DNA of 64,000 nt from Terriglobia bacterium (GCA_963664115.2 CAXWPJ010000010.1:320001-384000), one strand, 5' to 3'. Counted from the stretch's first letter, positions 51,427-60,728 are shown. A program made the numbers and translations. Notes: generated from the sequence alone by a model not told the origin.

Positions 51427-52443
51427 TCATTCTTTTTCTTTTCTGCGGTAGGGCCTGAAATCGACGTTGCATCGGTGGCGCCGCAGGAAGTCCATGAATC
51501 GCTTGTAATCGGTGTCGGGCATATTAAAGAGTCGGACGACCTTTCTGTAGCTACCGTGGGTTTGAACCAGGCCACGCCGGATGACGGCCTCGACCTGTCG
51601 CTTGGTGATCAGACGGTCGGTGTAGGGCCGGGCGACCGATTCCCAGAAATCGTCGACGACGACTGCCTCGACAGGTTCCCGAACCAGGGCATCCGTGGGC
51701 AGCGTGATCGCATCCGGTGCAATAATTTCTGTCTCCGACATGTAGTAGCTGCTTTCAATGACGTTCTGCAGTTCGCGAATGTTTCCCGGGTAATGATAGG
51801 CAAGCAACTTTTCCATGGCATTGGGCGACAGAGTTCTCTCTTCTCCACTGTCGGCATTCAGCGATGCGACGATATGACGCACCAGAAGCGGGATGTCGGA
51901 CCGGCGCTTTCGAAGCGGGGGAACTTCAATCGCAAATACGTTGAGACGGTAGAGGAGGTCTTCGCGGAAATCACCCGAACGCGCCATCGACCGAAGGTCA
52001 CAGTTGGTGGCGGCGATTATGCGGGCGTCGATCGGGCGGTCGACAACGTCACCGAGTCGACGCACCTGCTTCTCCTGAAGCACGCGGAGAAACTTCACCT
52101 GGAATCGTTTGGAAGTATTCGCAATTTCATCCAGGAAGAGCGTTCCCTGGTTCGCTTGCTCAAAAAGTCCGGGTTTGTCGCCGATGGCCGTCGTAAAGGC
52201 GCCACGCCGGTAGCCGAACAGTTCGCTTTCGACCAGTTCTTCCGGAAGGGCACCGCAATCAATGGGCACGAACCGGCGCTGGCGGCGGCTGCACTGATCG
52301 TGAATAGCACGTGCGACCAATTCCTTTCCGGTACCGGTCTCTCCCTGGATCAGAACCGAACTCGAAGTTCTGGCAGCGGCTTGAATTTTTGAGTGCAGGA
52401 GTTCGACCGCATCACTTTGTCCAATCATTTTTGTTCGCATCAT
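51427..52443 (-). CDS. Sigma-54-dependent transcriptional activator lacking an N-terminal sensor domain
   Basis: GETGTGKELVA, ESELFG..RGAFTTA, LFLDEI, FREDLLYRL and YPGNIRELQN motifs; starts MMRTKMIGQS. Confidence 0.88.
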   Translation of the reverse strand: MMRTKMIGQSDAVELLHSKIQAAARTSSSVLIQGETGTGKELVARAIHDQCSRRQRRFVPIDCGALPEELVESELFGYRRGAFTTAIGDKPGLFEQANQGTLFLDEIANTSKRFQVKFLRVLQEKQVRRLGDVVDRPIDARIIAATNCDLRSMARSGDFREDLLYRLNVFAIEVPPLRKRRSDIPLLVRHIVASLNADSGEERTLSPNAMEKLLAYHYPGNIRELQNVIESSYYMSETEIIAPDAITLPTDALVREPVEAVVVDDFWESVARPYTDRLITKRQVEAVIRRGLVQTHGSYRKVVRLFNMPDTDYKRFMDFLRRHRCNVDFRPYRRKEKE

Positions 52444-52464
52444 GACACTACAGCCGGAGCAGAC

Positions 52465-52992
52465 ATGGAAAAGGTCACTCAAAAATTGGAGCAAGGCAGC
52501 CCGGAGGTTCTCGAAGAGCTCGGTCGCGCAATCCGAAAGATCCATGGCACGCGCGATCCGGATCTCGAGCAGGAAGTCTTTCTCAGAACGCTCAAGGCGT
52601 TTCGGAAGGAAAGAAGGGTCGAGCATCCGCGGGCACTCATATGGAAGATCGCCAAAGACACGGTCGCTGACCATTGGAGGCTCAGGGCGCGGGACCGTTG
52701 GGACCCCCTGGACGAACTCCAGCACCCGGCCGCCCAGGACACGGATGCCGAACGCGACCTCGATCGAAAACGTCGTGTCGAACAATTGCGAAACGGGATC
52801 CTGCGACTTGGATGCGACATCCGGGGATCGGTCTACCTGTTTTACATGGAAGGCTATTCGGTTTCCTCGATCGCGCGGATTTATGGAAAGACGCCCTCCG
52901 CGGTCAAGATGGCCCTCTACCGGGGACGGCGGCAATTGGTGCGAATGTTTCGATCGGACGCGACTAACAAGTCGGGCTTCGAGCGACTTTGA
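52465..52992 (+). CDS. ECF-type RNA polymerase sigma factor
   Basis: DLEQEVFLR...IAKDTVADHWR (region 2); LFYMEGYSVSSIA...VKMALYRGRRQL (region 4). Confidence 0.85.
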   Translation: MEKVTQKLEQGSPEVLEELGRAIRKIHGTRDPDLEQEVFLRTLKAFRKERRVEHPRALIWKIAKDTVADHWRLRARDRWDPLDELQHPAAQDTDAERDLDRKRRVEQLRNGILRLGCDIRGSVYLFYMEGYSVSSIARIYGKTPSAVKMALYRGRRQLVRMFRSDATNKSGFERL

Positions 52993-53102
52993 GGCCCGCC
53001 AGAGCCGTAACTCATTGATCTCAAGACGGACTAAGAATGGAACCCCACGTGAAACAGTCTGAGTCGGGCACACGGTCCGCGATCTGGGAGGATCAACACA
53101 CA

Positions 53103-53285
53103 ATGAATCGACAAATTGTAACGCTCAGCAGCACAGAGCTCATGGGAACAGTCGGCGGTGACTGGAATTGGCACGATTTCTTTGCGGGGGCCACCTGGGG
53201 TTTAGGCGCAGGCTGCGGGATCAGCGGTCACCCCGTTCTGTGTATGGGCGCCCTGTTTACTGGCGGCATAACGATGTTCTTCTAG
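53103..53285 (+). CDS. Double-glycine-leader peptide 1 (class II bacteriocin-like precursor)
   Basis: RBS GGAGG; leader MNRQIVTLSSTELMGTVGG then a 41-aa Gly-rich core with two Cys. Confidence 0.85.
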   Translation: MNRQIVTLSSTELMGTVGGDWNWHDFFAGATWGLGAGCGISGHPVLCMGALFTGGITMFF

Positions 53286-53297
53286 GAGGAATGAACA

Positions 53298-53483
53298 ATG
53301 ACATCACACGTCCAAGACATTTCCGCATTGGAACTCCAGCAAATTGGTGGAGGTGACTGGTTTGAAACCACCTGGGGAATCCTGCTCGGCACGGGATTCG
53401 CTGCCGGCTTCCTCGGTTCGGGTGGACTGCTGACGATTGCAGGAATCGCCGGATTTGGCCTGATCTTCGGTCCCCCGTTCTAA
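53298..53483 (+). CDS. Double-glycine-leader peptide 2 (class II bacteriocin-like precursor)
   Basis: RBS AGGAGG; leader MTSHVQDISALELQQIGGG then a 42-aa hydrophobic GxxxG core. Confidence 0.85.
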   Translation: MTSHVQDISALELQQIGGGDWFETTWGILLGTGFAAGFLGSGGLLTIAGIAGFGLIFGPPF

Positions 53484-53576
53484 GCATTCAACCTCTTCAA
53501 CCCTTAGGTGCGCTCGAATGGGCGCACCTCGCATTCCACCTGGACCTGCGTGCCATGCGCGCACAAAACTAAATCA

Positions 53577-54317
53577 ATGGACGTCTTTCAACTCGAACAA
53601 GCCGTCAAAAAGCGCAGCGACGATTTTGTCCTGGGACCGCTCGACCTTCATCTCTCAGCGGGGGAAATCCTCGGTGTCATGGGCCCTAACGGTGCGGGCA
53701 AAACCACCCTCCTGCGATTGTTGTGGGGCTTTCTGCGTCCGGACGCCGGGCGCGTGTCTGTGTTCGGCAGAACACCCCATCTGGAACAGGTCTGGATTCG
53801 TCTACGGGCGGGCTACCTTCCCGAGTCGTTGAAGTTCTATGACTGGATGACGGTGGATCGATTCCTTGCGTTCATGGCCGGTTTCTATCCGTCCTGGGAC
53901 TGGGGCCATGCCCTTGAACTCCTGGAGCAGTTCGGAATAACTCCCGCCCGGACTATCGGGACCTTATCCAAAGGAAATCGGGTGAAGCTGGGCCTTCTGG
54001 CAGCGGTGGCCCATCGGCCAAAGCTACTGATCCTGGACGAACCGACCTCGGGTCTGGACCCCTTGATACGAATCGACATCCTCCATTTCCTCCGATGCTC
54101 CGCACAAGAAGACGGCACGGGAATCGTCCTGTCCTCTCATGTGTCCGACGATCTGGACCGGATTGCCGATTCCGTTCTGATGCTGAACGACGGCAAGGTA
54201 TTGGAGTATGCGCCGACTAAGGTTCTGCTCGACAAAACCAACGAAACTCAACTGGAGGCTGTGTTTTTGAATGCGGTCGGTAGGATTCCCACATCTCGCG
54301 TTCCACATCGCGCGTAA
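53577..54317 (+). CDS. ABC-2-type transporter ATPase (putative immunity/export)
   Basis: [13 protein letters not shown] and LILDEPTSGLDP motifs, SSH; start MDVFQLE. Confidence 0.88.
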   Translation: MDVFQLEQAVKKRSDDFVLGPLDLHLSAGEILGVMGPNGAGKTTLLRLLWGFLRPDAGRVSVFGRTPHLEQVWIRLRAGYLPESLKFYDWMTVDRFLAFMAGFYPSWDWGHALELLEQFGITPARTIGTLSKGNRVKLGLLAAVAHRPKLLILDEPTSGLDPLIRIDILHFLRCSAQEDGTGIVLSSHVSDDLDRIADSVLMLNDGKVLEYAPTKVLLDKTNETQLEAVFLNAVGRIPTSRVPHRA

Positions 54318-54906
54318 AGACTGGGCCGAAGCGCGTCATGTCGTGATCGCGCTGACCCTGGGTCTTATGGTTCCCGCCCTGCTCGTCCGCTTCGCTCCGG
54401 GCCGTTCGGACGACTTCGCAAAAGGTCTGCTGGCCGGCTTGCTCGCAGGTGCCGGTTTCGGCTACGCCCAGTTCTGTTTCCTGAACGAACGCCAGCGAGG
54501 CACACTGGAGTTTCTGCTCAGCCTTCCCATTGAGCCCCGACAGCTTGTCCTCGCCAAATTCGTCTCCCTGTACTCAATGGTCCTTTTCACCGTAAATGTC
54601 CCTGGCCTGCTCGTCCCAGACCTTCGGCTCGTCTACATCACCAACGCCGCAGCCCTTTCACTAGCAACCGTCTTCATGGCCACAACGGTCATCTCAGACA
54701 AGCCCTGGGCCTCGCAAATACCCATCTGGTTCCTTCTCGTCTTCATCCTCCCCATCCAACGCCTCCTCGAACGCTACTACCCCAACGGACTGCAGCTCTT
54801 CGAAACCCTCACCGCCAACCCCATTCTGTTAGCGACATTCGCCTTGCTCGTCAGCCCGCTCGTTGTCGCTGTATCCGTTTCGATTTTTCACCGCAAAGGC
54901 GCAAAG
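54271..54906 (+). CDS. ABC-2-type permease, read through in frame into the GxxExxY gene
   Basis: Multiple TMs with ERQRGTLEFLLSLPI.P..LVLAKF; no stop before 55284. Confidence 0.8.
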
Positions 54907-55392
54907 GTGAATGAGAACCCTTTGTCACGGAAGGTCATTGGGGCCGTAATTGAAGTGCACCGCATCTTAGGCCCGGGCCTACTAGAGTCGATTTATCAAG
55001 ACTGCCTCGACATTGAGTTCCGGCTTCGAAGAATCAGGTTCGAAAGGGAAAAGAGAATCCCTCTCATCTACAAAGACCAAGATCTGAGAGAGCGCCTTCG
55101 TATCGACTTTCTCGTCGCAGATGAAGTCGTAATCGAAACCAAATCCGTTCACTCGTTACTGCCCGTACATGACGCGCAAGTGCTCACGTACCTAAAGTTG
55201 ACCGGCTGCAAATTAGGTCTGCTGATCAACTTCAACGTCCCAGTAGCAAGAGACGGAATCAAACGCATCGTAAACCGCCTCTAGCCCCCCCCCTTTTCGT
55301 TTGCATCGACGCCCCCTTTGTTTCCCATTCGGATTCCCCCTCCCCCATATAGAATCGTCTTTCTTCTTTGCGTCTTCGCGCCTTTGCGGTGA
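54888..55392. mobile_element. Family-A element copy 14 carrying a GxxExxY gene (candidate autonomous copy)
   Basis: Left TCACCGCAAAGGCGCAAAG immediately before the GTG; right CTTTGCGTCTTCGCGCCTTTGCGGTGA. Confidence 0.65.
54907..55284 (+). CDS. GxxExxY family protein (PD-(D/E)XK nuclease superfamily)
   Basis: IEVHRILGPGLLESIY (GxxExxY), RIDFLV...VIETKSV, AQVLTYLK...GLLINF. Confidence 0.92.
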   Translation: MNENPLSRKVIGAVIEVHRILGPGLLESIYQDCLDIEFRLRRIRFEREKRIPLIYKDQDLRERLRIDFLVADEVVIETKSVHSLLPVHDAQVLTYLKLTGCKLGLLINFNVPVARDGIKRIVNRL

Positions 55393-55543
55393 ACCTCTTC
55401 ATGTCTTCGCCTTGAAGCTCTAAATTCCCCGCTTTATCTCCCCGTACCCACACAAACAAATCGCCGATCAAGCGTCTTTCCCATTCTTGGTCCTATGGTG
55501 TGAGCCGTTTAGCTATGGCCCCCCAACTGCCCTTTCTCCCACT

Positions 55544-57618
55544 GTGGCATACACCATCATTCACCAGCATGACGCCAATGACTGTGGCCCCGCGTGTCTG
55601 GCGATGGTGGCGGCGCATTATGGAAAACGTCAGTCCATTGCTCGACTCAGAGAAAAATCTGGAACCGACCGCCAGGGCACAAACCTCGCAGGGCTAATAC
55701 AGGCGGCCCAGGAAGTGGGCTTCGAGGCCCGTGGCGTCCGCGCCACCCCGGAAGGCCTCACCGAGGTCACGCTCCCCGCCATCGCCACTGGTCCGAAGAC
55801 GGGCGGAACCACTTCGTCGTCCTGTTCAAACAAAGCTCGCGGCGCATTACGATCGGCGACCCCGCCCTTGGTGTACGCAAGCTCACACCCGAAGAATTCG
55901 CTGCGCACTGGACCGGGATACTCGTACTTCTGAAACCCACCCTCAACTTGCGGGATCTATCCACGCCCTCGCTTTCGAAACTGTGGTCCCTGGTTGGCCA
56001 CCATCGAAAGCTCTTCCTGGATGCACTGCTCGCGGCAGTCCTCATGACGATCCTCGGCCTCGCCTCAGCCTTCTTCATCCAAGTCCTCGTCGACTTCGTG
56101 TTCCTTGTTGGAGCCGAACCCACCTTAAACTGGCTCGGCCTGGGCATGCTGCTCGTGCTGGGTGCGCGTGTCGCGTTCCACGGCCTCCGAGCCTATCTCC
56201 TCGCCCACCTCAGCCACCGGATCGATGCGGACATTGTGTTGGGATACCACCATCATGTCCTGGGACTGCCGCTTGATTTCTTCTGGACCCGCCGGACCGG
56301 CGAGATCCTCTCCCGCTTGTCTGATGCGATGAAGATCCGCCTGGCGATCAGCGGGACTGGCCTTGCCGTCATCGTCGACGGCATCACCTTGATTCTGACC
56401 GCCACCATCATGTGCATCCTTCATTGGAAACTGGCCATCGCTTCTCTCGCTCTTTTGCCAGTGCTCGTCGTTGTCCTCTATGGTTTGACGGGGCCTATGA
56501 AACGCGCCCAGCGGACGGCCATGGAGCGGGCCGCACACTTCGAGTCGCACACCGTAGAAGCCGTCAGCGCCATCGATACGGTCAAGGCGTTTCGGGCCGA
56601 AGACCGCATGCGGCTTCGCGGCGAAGTCCGCTTTGGTGAGTTGATCGACGCCACGTTCCGGGCCGAGATCTTTGCCTTGCACGCCTCCACCTTAACAACG
56701 TTTCTGACCGGACTGGCAAGCCTGACGCTGCTGTGGGTCGGCGGGCGCGAAGTCCTCGCCGGTGGTCTGAGCGTCGGTCAGCTCATGGCACTCTTCACGA
56801 TGTTGGGAACCGTTATTGGCCCCGTCGAACGACTGGCCAATGCGAATCAATCCATACAGGACGCATTGGTCGCTGGAGAACGCCTTGGGGAAATTTTTGA
56901 AATAGAGCCCGAAGAAAATCGGGAACCTCAGGAAAGATCGATGAAGGTCGCACGTTCCATTGAAGGTGCCATCGAATTTCAGAACGTGACATTTGGCTAT
57001 GGAAACCGGCCGCCCGTCATCAAAGATCAGAGCTTCCGCATTGACCCCGGCGAATGTTGCCGCATCGTAGGCGCAAGCGGTAGCGGCAAGACAACGCTTG
57101 CCCGGGCGCTGGGACGGTTTCTGAAACCCCACAGTGGGCGTGTCTTAATTGATGCCATCGATGTCAACGATTACACCCTGGAGAGTCTGCGCCGCCAGGT
57201 GGGCTATGTCTCCCAGGACGGGCACATACTGAGTGTCTCCATCGCCGACAACATTCGCCTGGGCCGGGCGGACGCTTCCCCTACAGAAGTCCGCCTGGCC
57301 GCGACCCAGGCCGGAGCCGCCGCATTTATCGAACACCTACCCCTGGGCTACAACTCGCTGGTCGGCGAGCGCGGCACTACCCTATCGGGTGGGGAACGGC
57401 AGCGCTTGCTCCTGGCACGGGCCATTCTTGTCAACCCGCCCATACTGGTTCTTGATGAACCGACCAATCACCTCGACCGGGCATCGACACAGGCAGTCCG
57501 GGAACTGATCGATCAGCGCAAACGCGACCACCGCACAACGATCATAATCTCCCACGACGAACTGCCCGCCCACAGAACGATTGCCATCGACAGCAACACT
57601 TATGCGCTGGCGAACTGA
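55544..57618 (+). pseudogene. Peptidase-containing ABC transporter (C39 + TMD + NBD) split by a 1-nt frameshift near 55786
   Basis: QHDANDCGPACLAM...LPAIA in one frame; HW...NHFVVL...IGDPA, GASGSGKTT and LSGGERQR in the next. Confidence 0.85.
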
Positions 57619-58771
57619 GCTTAACCTCGGCGGAAAGCCCCGCCTGGTGGGCGCGACGGTCTACGTCCTTGCCACTCTCCTGGCCATTGCACTCACATGG
57701 AGTTATTTCACTGAAGTGGACGTCGTCGTCCGTGCACCCGGCCTGGTCCGGCCCGATGGCGAAGTCGTTCGAATCACCTCCGAGGTCGCCGGAACCATCG
57801 AGGCCGTCCACGTTGAGGAGGGCGACGCAGTTCACACAGGTGACATCGTCGTCCGGTTGGACAACCAGCAGATCCGTTTGGAACGCGAAACGATAGAACA
57901 CCAAATCGCTCTCGCCGGGGAACAACTCCGGGACCTCGATCGCAGGATCGCGACCACGGCCAGAATCCACGTTCTGGAACTGGAAAAGCTCGACACGGAA
58001 ATCCGCTCAGCCCGTCAAGTCCTGGAACAAGGACACAGGGAACACGCGGCTCAAATGGAATCAGCCTCGCTTCGGCTGGAACAGACACGCCAGGAACACT
58101 TGAGGAACCAGCAATTGTTCGCGGAAGGACTCATCTCCCGGCAAACTTCGGATCGCTTCCGGAACGATTTCAATCTGGCCGAGGCCCAGCACCTGGAAAT
58201 CCTCTATCGGAAACCCACTGACGCATCCTTGCAATCGTTGCTGGAAACGAAAAATTTGATCGATGCGGAACTTGAATCACTCCAACAGGACCTTCGGATG
58301 GAATCCGTGCCGATCGAGGCCCAACGGACCGAACTCCGGTCACGACAACAGCAAGTCGATCAGGAAGCGGAGCGCCGCTTCATTCGCAGCCCGTCTACGG
58401 GCCAGATTACCCTGCTGCCCACAGTACATCCGGGAGAACATATTGCCGCCGGCACTCTGATCGCAACGCTGGCCCCGACACCGGTCCGTCCCATCGTCGA
58501 GGCCTGGGTCCCAAACGCCAAGGCCACGGACCTTCGGCCCGGCCATCCCGCCCGTCTCCGTCTTGACGATTCGGAAACCATAGACGGCATCGTCTTCGCC
58601 GTCAGCCCGGACGTGCGGTTTACCGAGTCCGCGAACGGCGCCTTCCAGGTCCTGATCGCCCCCGACACGCTGGGCCTCCGCCTCGGCCTGGCCGTCGACG
58701 TCCGCCTCATTACACGCCAGGAGCGAGTCCTGACCTTGCTGTTCAACAGAATCGAAAGGGCGTTTGACTAA
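57602..58771 (+). CDS. HlyD family membrane-fusion/secretion protein
   Basis: N-terminal TM, V.A.G.V.P, G.I..V.VEEGD.V..G, long coiled coil, IRSP..G. Confidence 0.88.
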   Translation: MRWRTELNLGGKPRLVGATVYVLATLLAIALTWSYFTEVDVVVRAPGLVRPDGEVVRITSEVAGTIEAVHVEEGDAVHTGDIVVRLDNQQIRLERETIEHQIALAGEQLRDLDRRIATTARIHVLELEKLDTEIRSARQVLEQGHREHAAQMESASLRLEQTRQEHLRNQQLFAEGLISRQTSDRFRNDFNLAEAQHLEILYRKPTDASLQSLLETKNLIDAELESLQQDLRMESVPIEAQRTELRSRQQQVDQEAERRFIRSPSTGQITLLPTVHPGEHIAAGTLIATLAPTPVRPIVEAWVPNAKATDLRPGHPARLRLDDSETIDGIVFAVSPDVRFTESANGAFQVLIAPDTLGLRLGLAVDVRLITRQERVLTLLFNRIERAFD

Positions 58772-58871
58772 CTAGTAATTCATACTCGGAAAGCTAACAC
58801 TGGCCTCCAACTGGCCCACATGACAATGCCCGACCCTTGACTCGACTTCTGGCCTACGCACAACGGGTGTA

Positions 58872-60728
58872 CTAGACCCAAAACAAGCGCATAACCAGTC
58901 CGCCGAGGCCCAGTTCGCGCCGATAGAATTCGAGGCATAGAATCCCGTTCCCGGATGGCCTGTTCCAGGTATCGAGTTTCTGTTGAATCTGTTTCAGTTC
59001 AGCCTCGCTGGTGTTGGACGGTTGACAGAAACCGGGACCTCGATCGCCCGGGCTCAGAGTCATGATCGGGTCAACATCGCAGAGGCTGACGCAACACATC
59101 CACCCCGCGGAACAAGACCGGCAACCACCGGTTCCAGGCCAGGATCCGGAACAGAATGCGCCGCCCGGTGCGCACGAGTTGGCACGGCACAAGCATGAAA
59201 GCGTTCAAGAAGGTTTTGAACTCCATGCGCAGCACGGTTTGCTTCTCAGCCTGATATTTTTGGCCCCAACGTCCGGTTTCGGGAAGCAGCAATGCAAACC
59301 ACGCTTTCAGTGTCCAGGCCAGTGACGCGATCACCATGTAGGCCCAGTTGCTGGTCTGATCTCCGACCGGCATCCGCAACGCCTGAACGCCGTTCTTCAA
59401 CTGCTCAATGAGATTCTCCTGATTGCACCGTTGATTGGCACGCATCACAATCTGGTCGGCCGGATCCGAACGGTTGGTAATGTAGAAGAAGTACCGGATG
59501 TCGTCAAACAACACCTGCTCTCCTTTGGCCACCGACAGATTCTTCCGCACCACGACGACACGGTAGTCCCGATCGCAGGCTCCGGGTCGATACCGAAACT
59601 CGGCCACATCCTCACCCTGCAAGCGGATATTGTCGAAACCGCGCTGCCGAACGATCTCTTCCTTCACGTTGTCGGGACGTTGGCGCGGTTCGGTCGCCAC
59701 GTCGTATTTCGCGGGCCGTTCCAGGCGCTTCCACTGGCGCGGCTCCAGTTCATCGGCCCGGGCCTTCAGGTTCGCCATCGCGTCAATCCCGAATATGAAA
59801 CCCACCTGCTGGTCGTCCCATCCGTCCAGATGCCGGGTCTGGCTGAAGTCCGTGTCCCCGCGCAGCAGGATCTGGCGAAACCCCGCATGCCGGCACAATG
59901 CGATGGCTTGGTCGAACCGGACCGCGGCTCCTTCATGCGACGGCCGGTTGCCGCTACGATTGACCAGATACAGCGGTTCGGCGGTGTTGGCCAGCGAGAT
60001 CATCAGCGGGTGATATCCCCACGTCCCGTCGTAGGCCACGTCCATCCCTTGCTTGCATTCCCCCGTGGTTTCGGCCAGTGTCCCGTCCGCGTCCAACACC
60101 GCTTCTTCGAAAAACGCCGCCGGTTGCTGTCGCCAGACTCCGAGCCGGACTTGATTGGTTGCCTCCATCAGACACTCCACGTCGTCGGCCTCGAATCTCC
60201 GGCAGAAGTCTCCCGCCGTCGTCGGATCCGGAATCCGTTGCGCTCCCAGCGCATCCAGATACACCGCATCGTTGCGCCGCAGTTCGATGTCTTCCAGGCA
60301 CGTTCCTCCGCTCAAGGCGTTGTAGGCGATGTTCAGCACGTGATCCGACTCGTGATACGGCAGGTGCCGCTTCAACACATGCACGCCCTTGTCGATGGCT
60401 TCGATCAGCCCGGTCCGCCGCGCCACCAGTTGCATCGTCCCGATACCACCAACCGATGTGCCCCGCGTCCGCTCTCCCATCTCGTACTGAATGTTGCTCG
60501 CCGAAAACATCGGCTCTACCTGATCCGTCCAATGCCGGTCCCCAAGCCGACGTTCGATTCGCCGCTTGCGGTTCCTCATGTTCTTGCGCGTATAATCGTT
60601 CATCTGAAATGCCTCCTTTTCCGAAGAATCTGTTCAAGGTTTTTTTCGCACGGAGACGGGGCATTTCGGGTACTTCCGCTCTTATTGCACTATCATTTCC
60701 TCGTCAATCACGCTTGTTCAGGGACTAG
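58872..60728 (-). mobile_element. IS1380-family insertion sequence
   Basis: Imperfect inverted ends CTAGACCCAAAACAAGCG / CGCTTGTTCAGGGACTAG enclosing a transposase. Confidence 0.85.
59071..60603 (-). CDS. IS1380-family DDE transposase
   Basis: PDPTTAGDFCRRF, LDADGT, GYHPL, RGDTDF and R..QENLIEQLK motifs. Confidence 0.9.
   Translation of the reverse strand: MNDYTRKNMRNRKRRIERRLGDRHWTDQVEPMFSASNIQYEMGERTRGTSVGGIGTMQLVARRTGLIEAIDKGVHVLKRHLPYHESDHVLNIAYNALSGGTCLEDIELRRNDAVYLDALGAQRIPDPTTAGDFCRRFEADDVECLMEATNQVRLGVWRQQPAAFFEEAVLDADGTLAETTGECKQGMDVAYDGTWGYHPLMISLANTAEPLYLVNRSGNRPSHEGAAVRFDQAIALCRHAGFRQILLRGDTDFSQTRHLDGWDDQQVGFIFGIDAMANLKARADELEPRQWKRLERPAKYDVATEPRQRPDNVKEEIVRQRGFDNIRLQGEDVAEFRYRPGACDRDYRVVVVRKNLSVAKGEQVLFDDIRYFFYITNRSDPADQIVMRANQRCNQENLIEQLKNGVQALRMPVGDQTSNWAYMVIASLAWTLKAWFALLLPETGRWGQKYQAEKQTVLRMEFKTFLNAFMLVPCQLVRTGRRILFRILAWNRWLPVLFRGVDVLRQPLRC

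Noticed and set aside
10767-51575. Many short ORFs and N-terminal extensions containing PLRLCG, LCAFAV, RKGAK or SPQRRKDAK
   Set aside because: These are translations of the family-A repeat; starts of uvrA, the SpoIID gene and lolC/E were trimmed accordingly.
53066-53080. Sigma-54 -24/-12 promoter (GGCAC-N7-GC) before peptide 1
   Set aside because: The GG-N10-GC spacing is right, but TTGC is absent and the implied start (about 53092) would fall after the RBS; too weak to call.
52444-53103. 220-aa N-terminal extension of the sigma-54 activator in the ORF track
   Set aside because: It is the antisense of the ECF sigma gene and shows no sensor-domain features.
7100-55392. Family-A repeats as a CRISPR array or integron attC sites
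   Set aside because: They are dispersed inverted repeats, not regularly spaced direct repeats. There is no cas or intI gene, left ends lack RYYYAAC, and most flank housekeeping genes.
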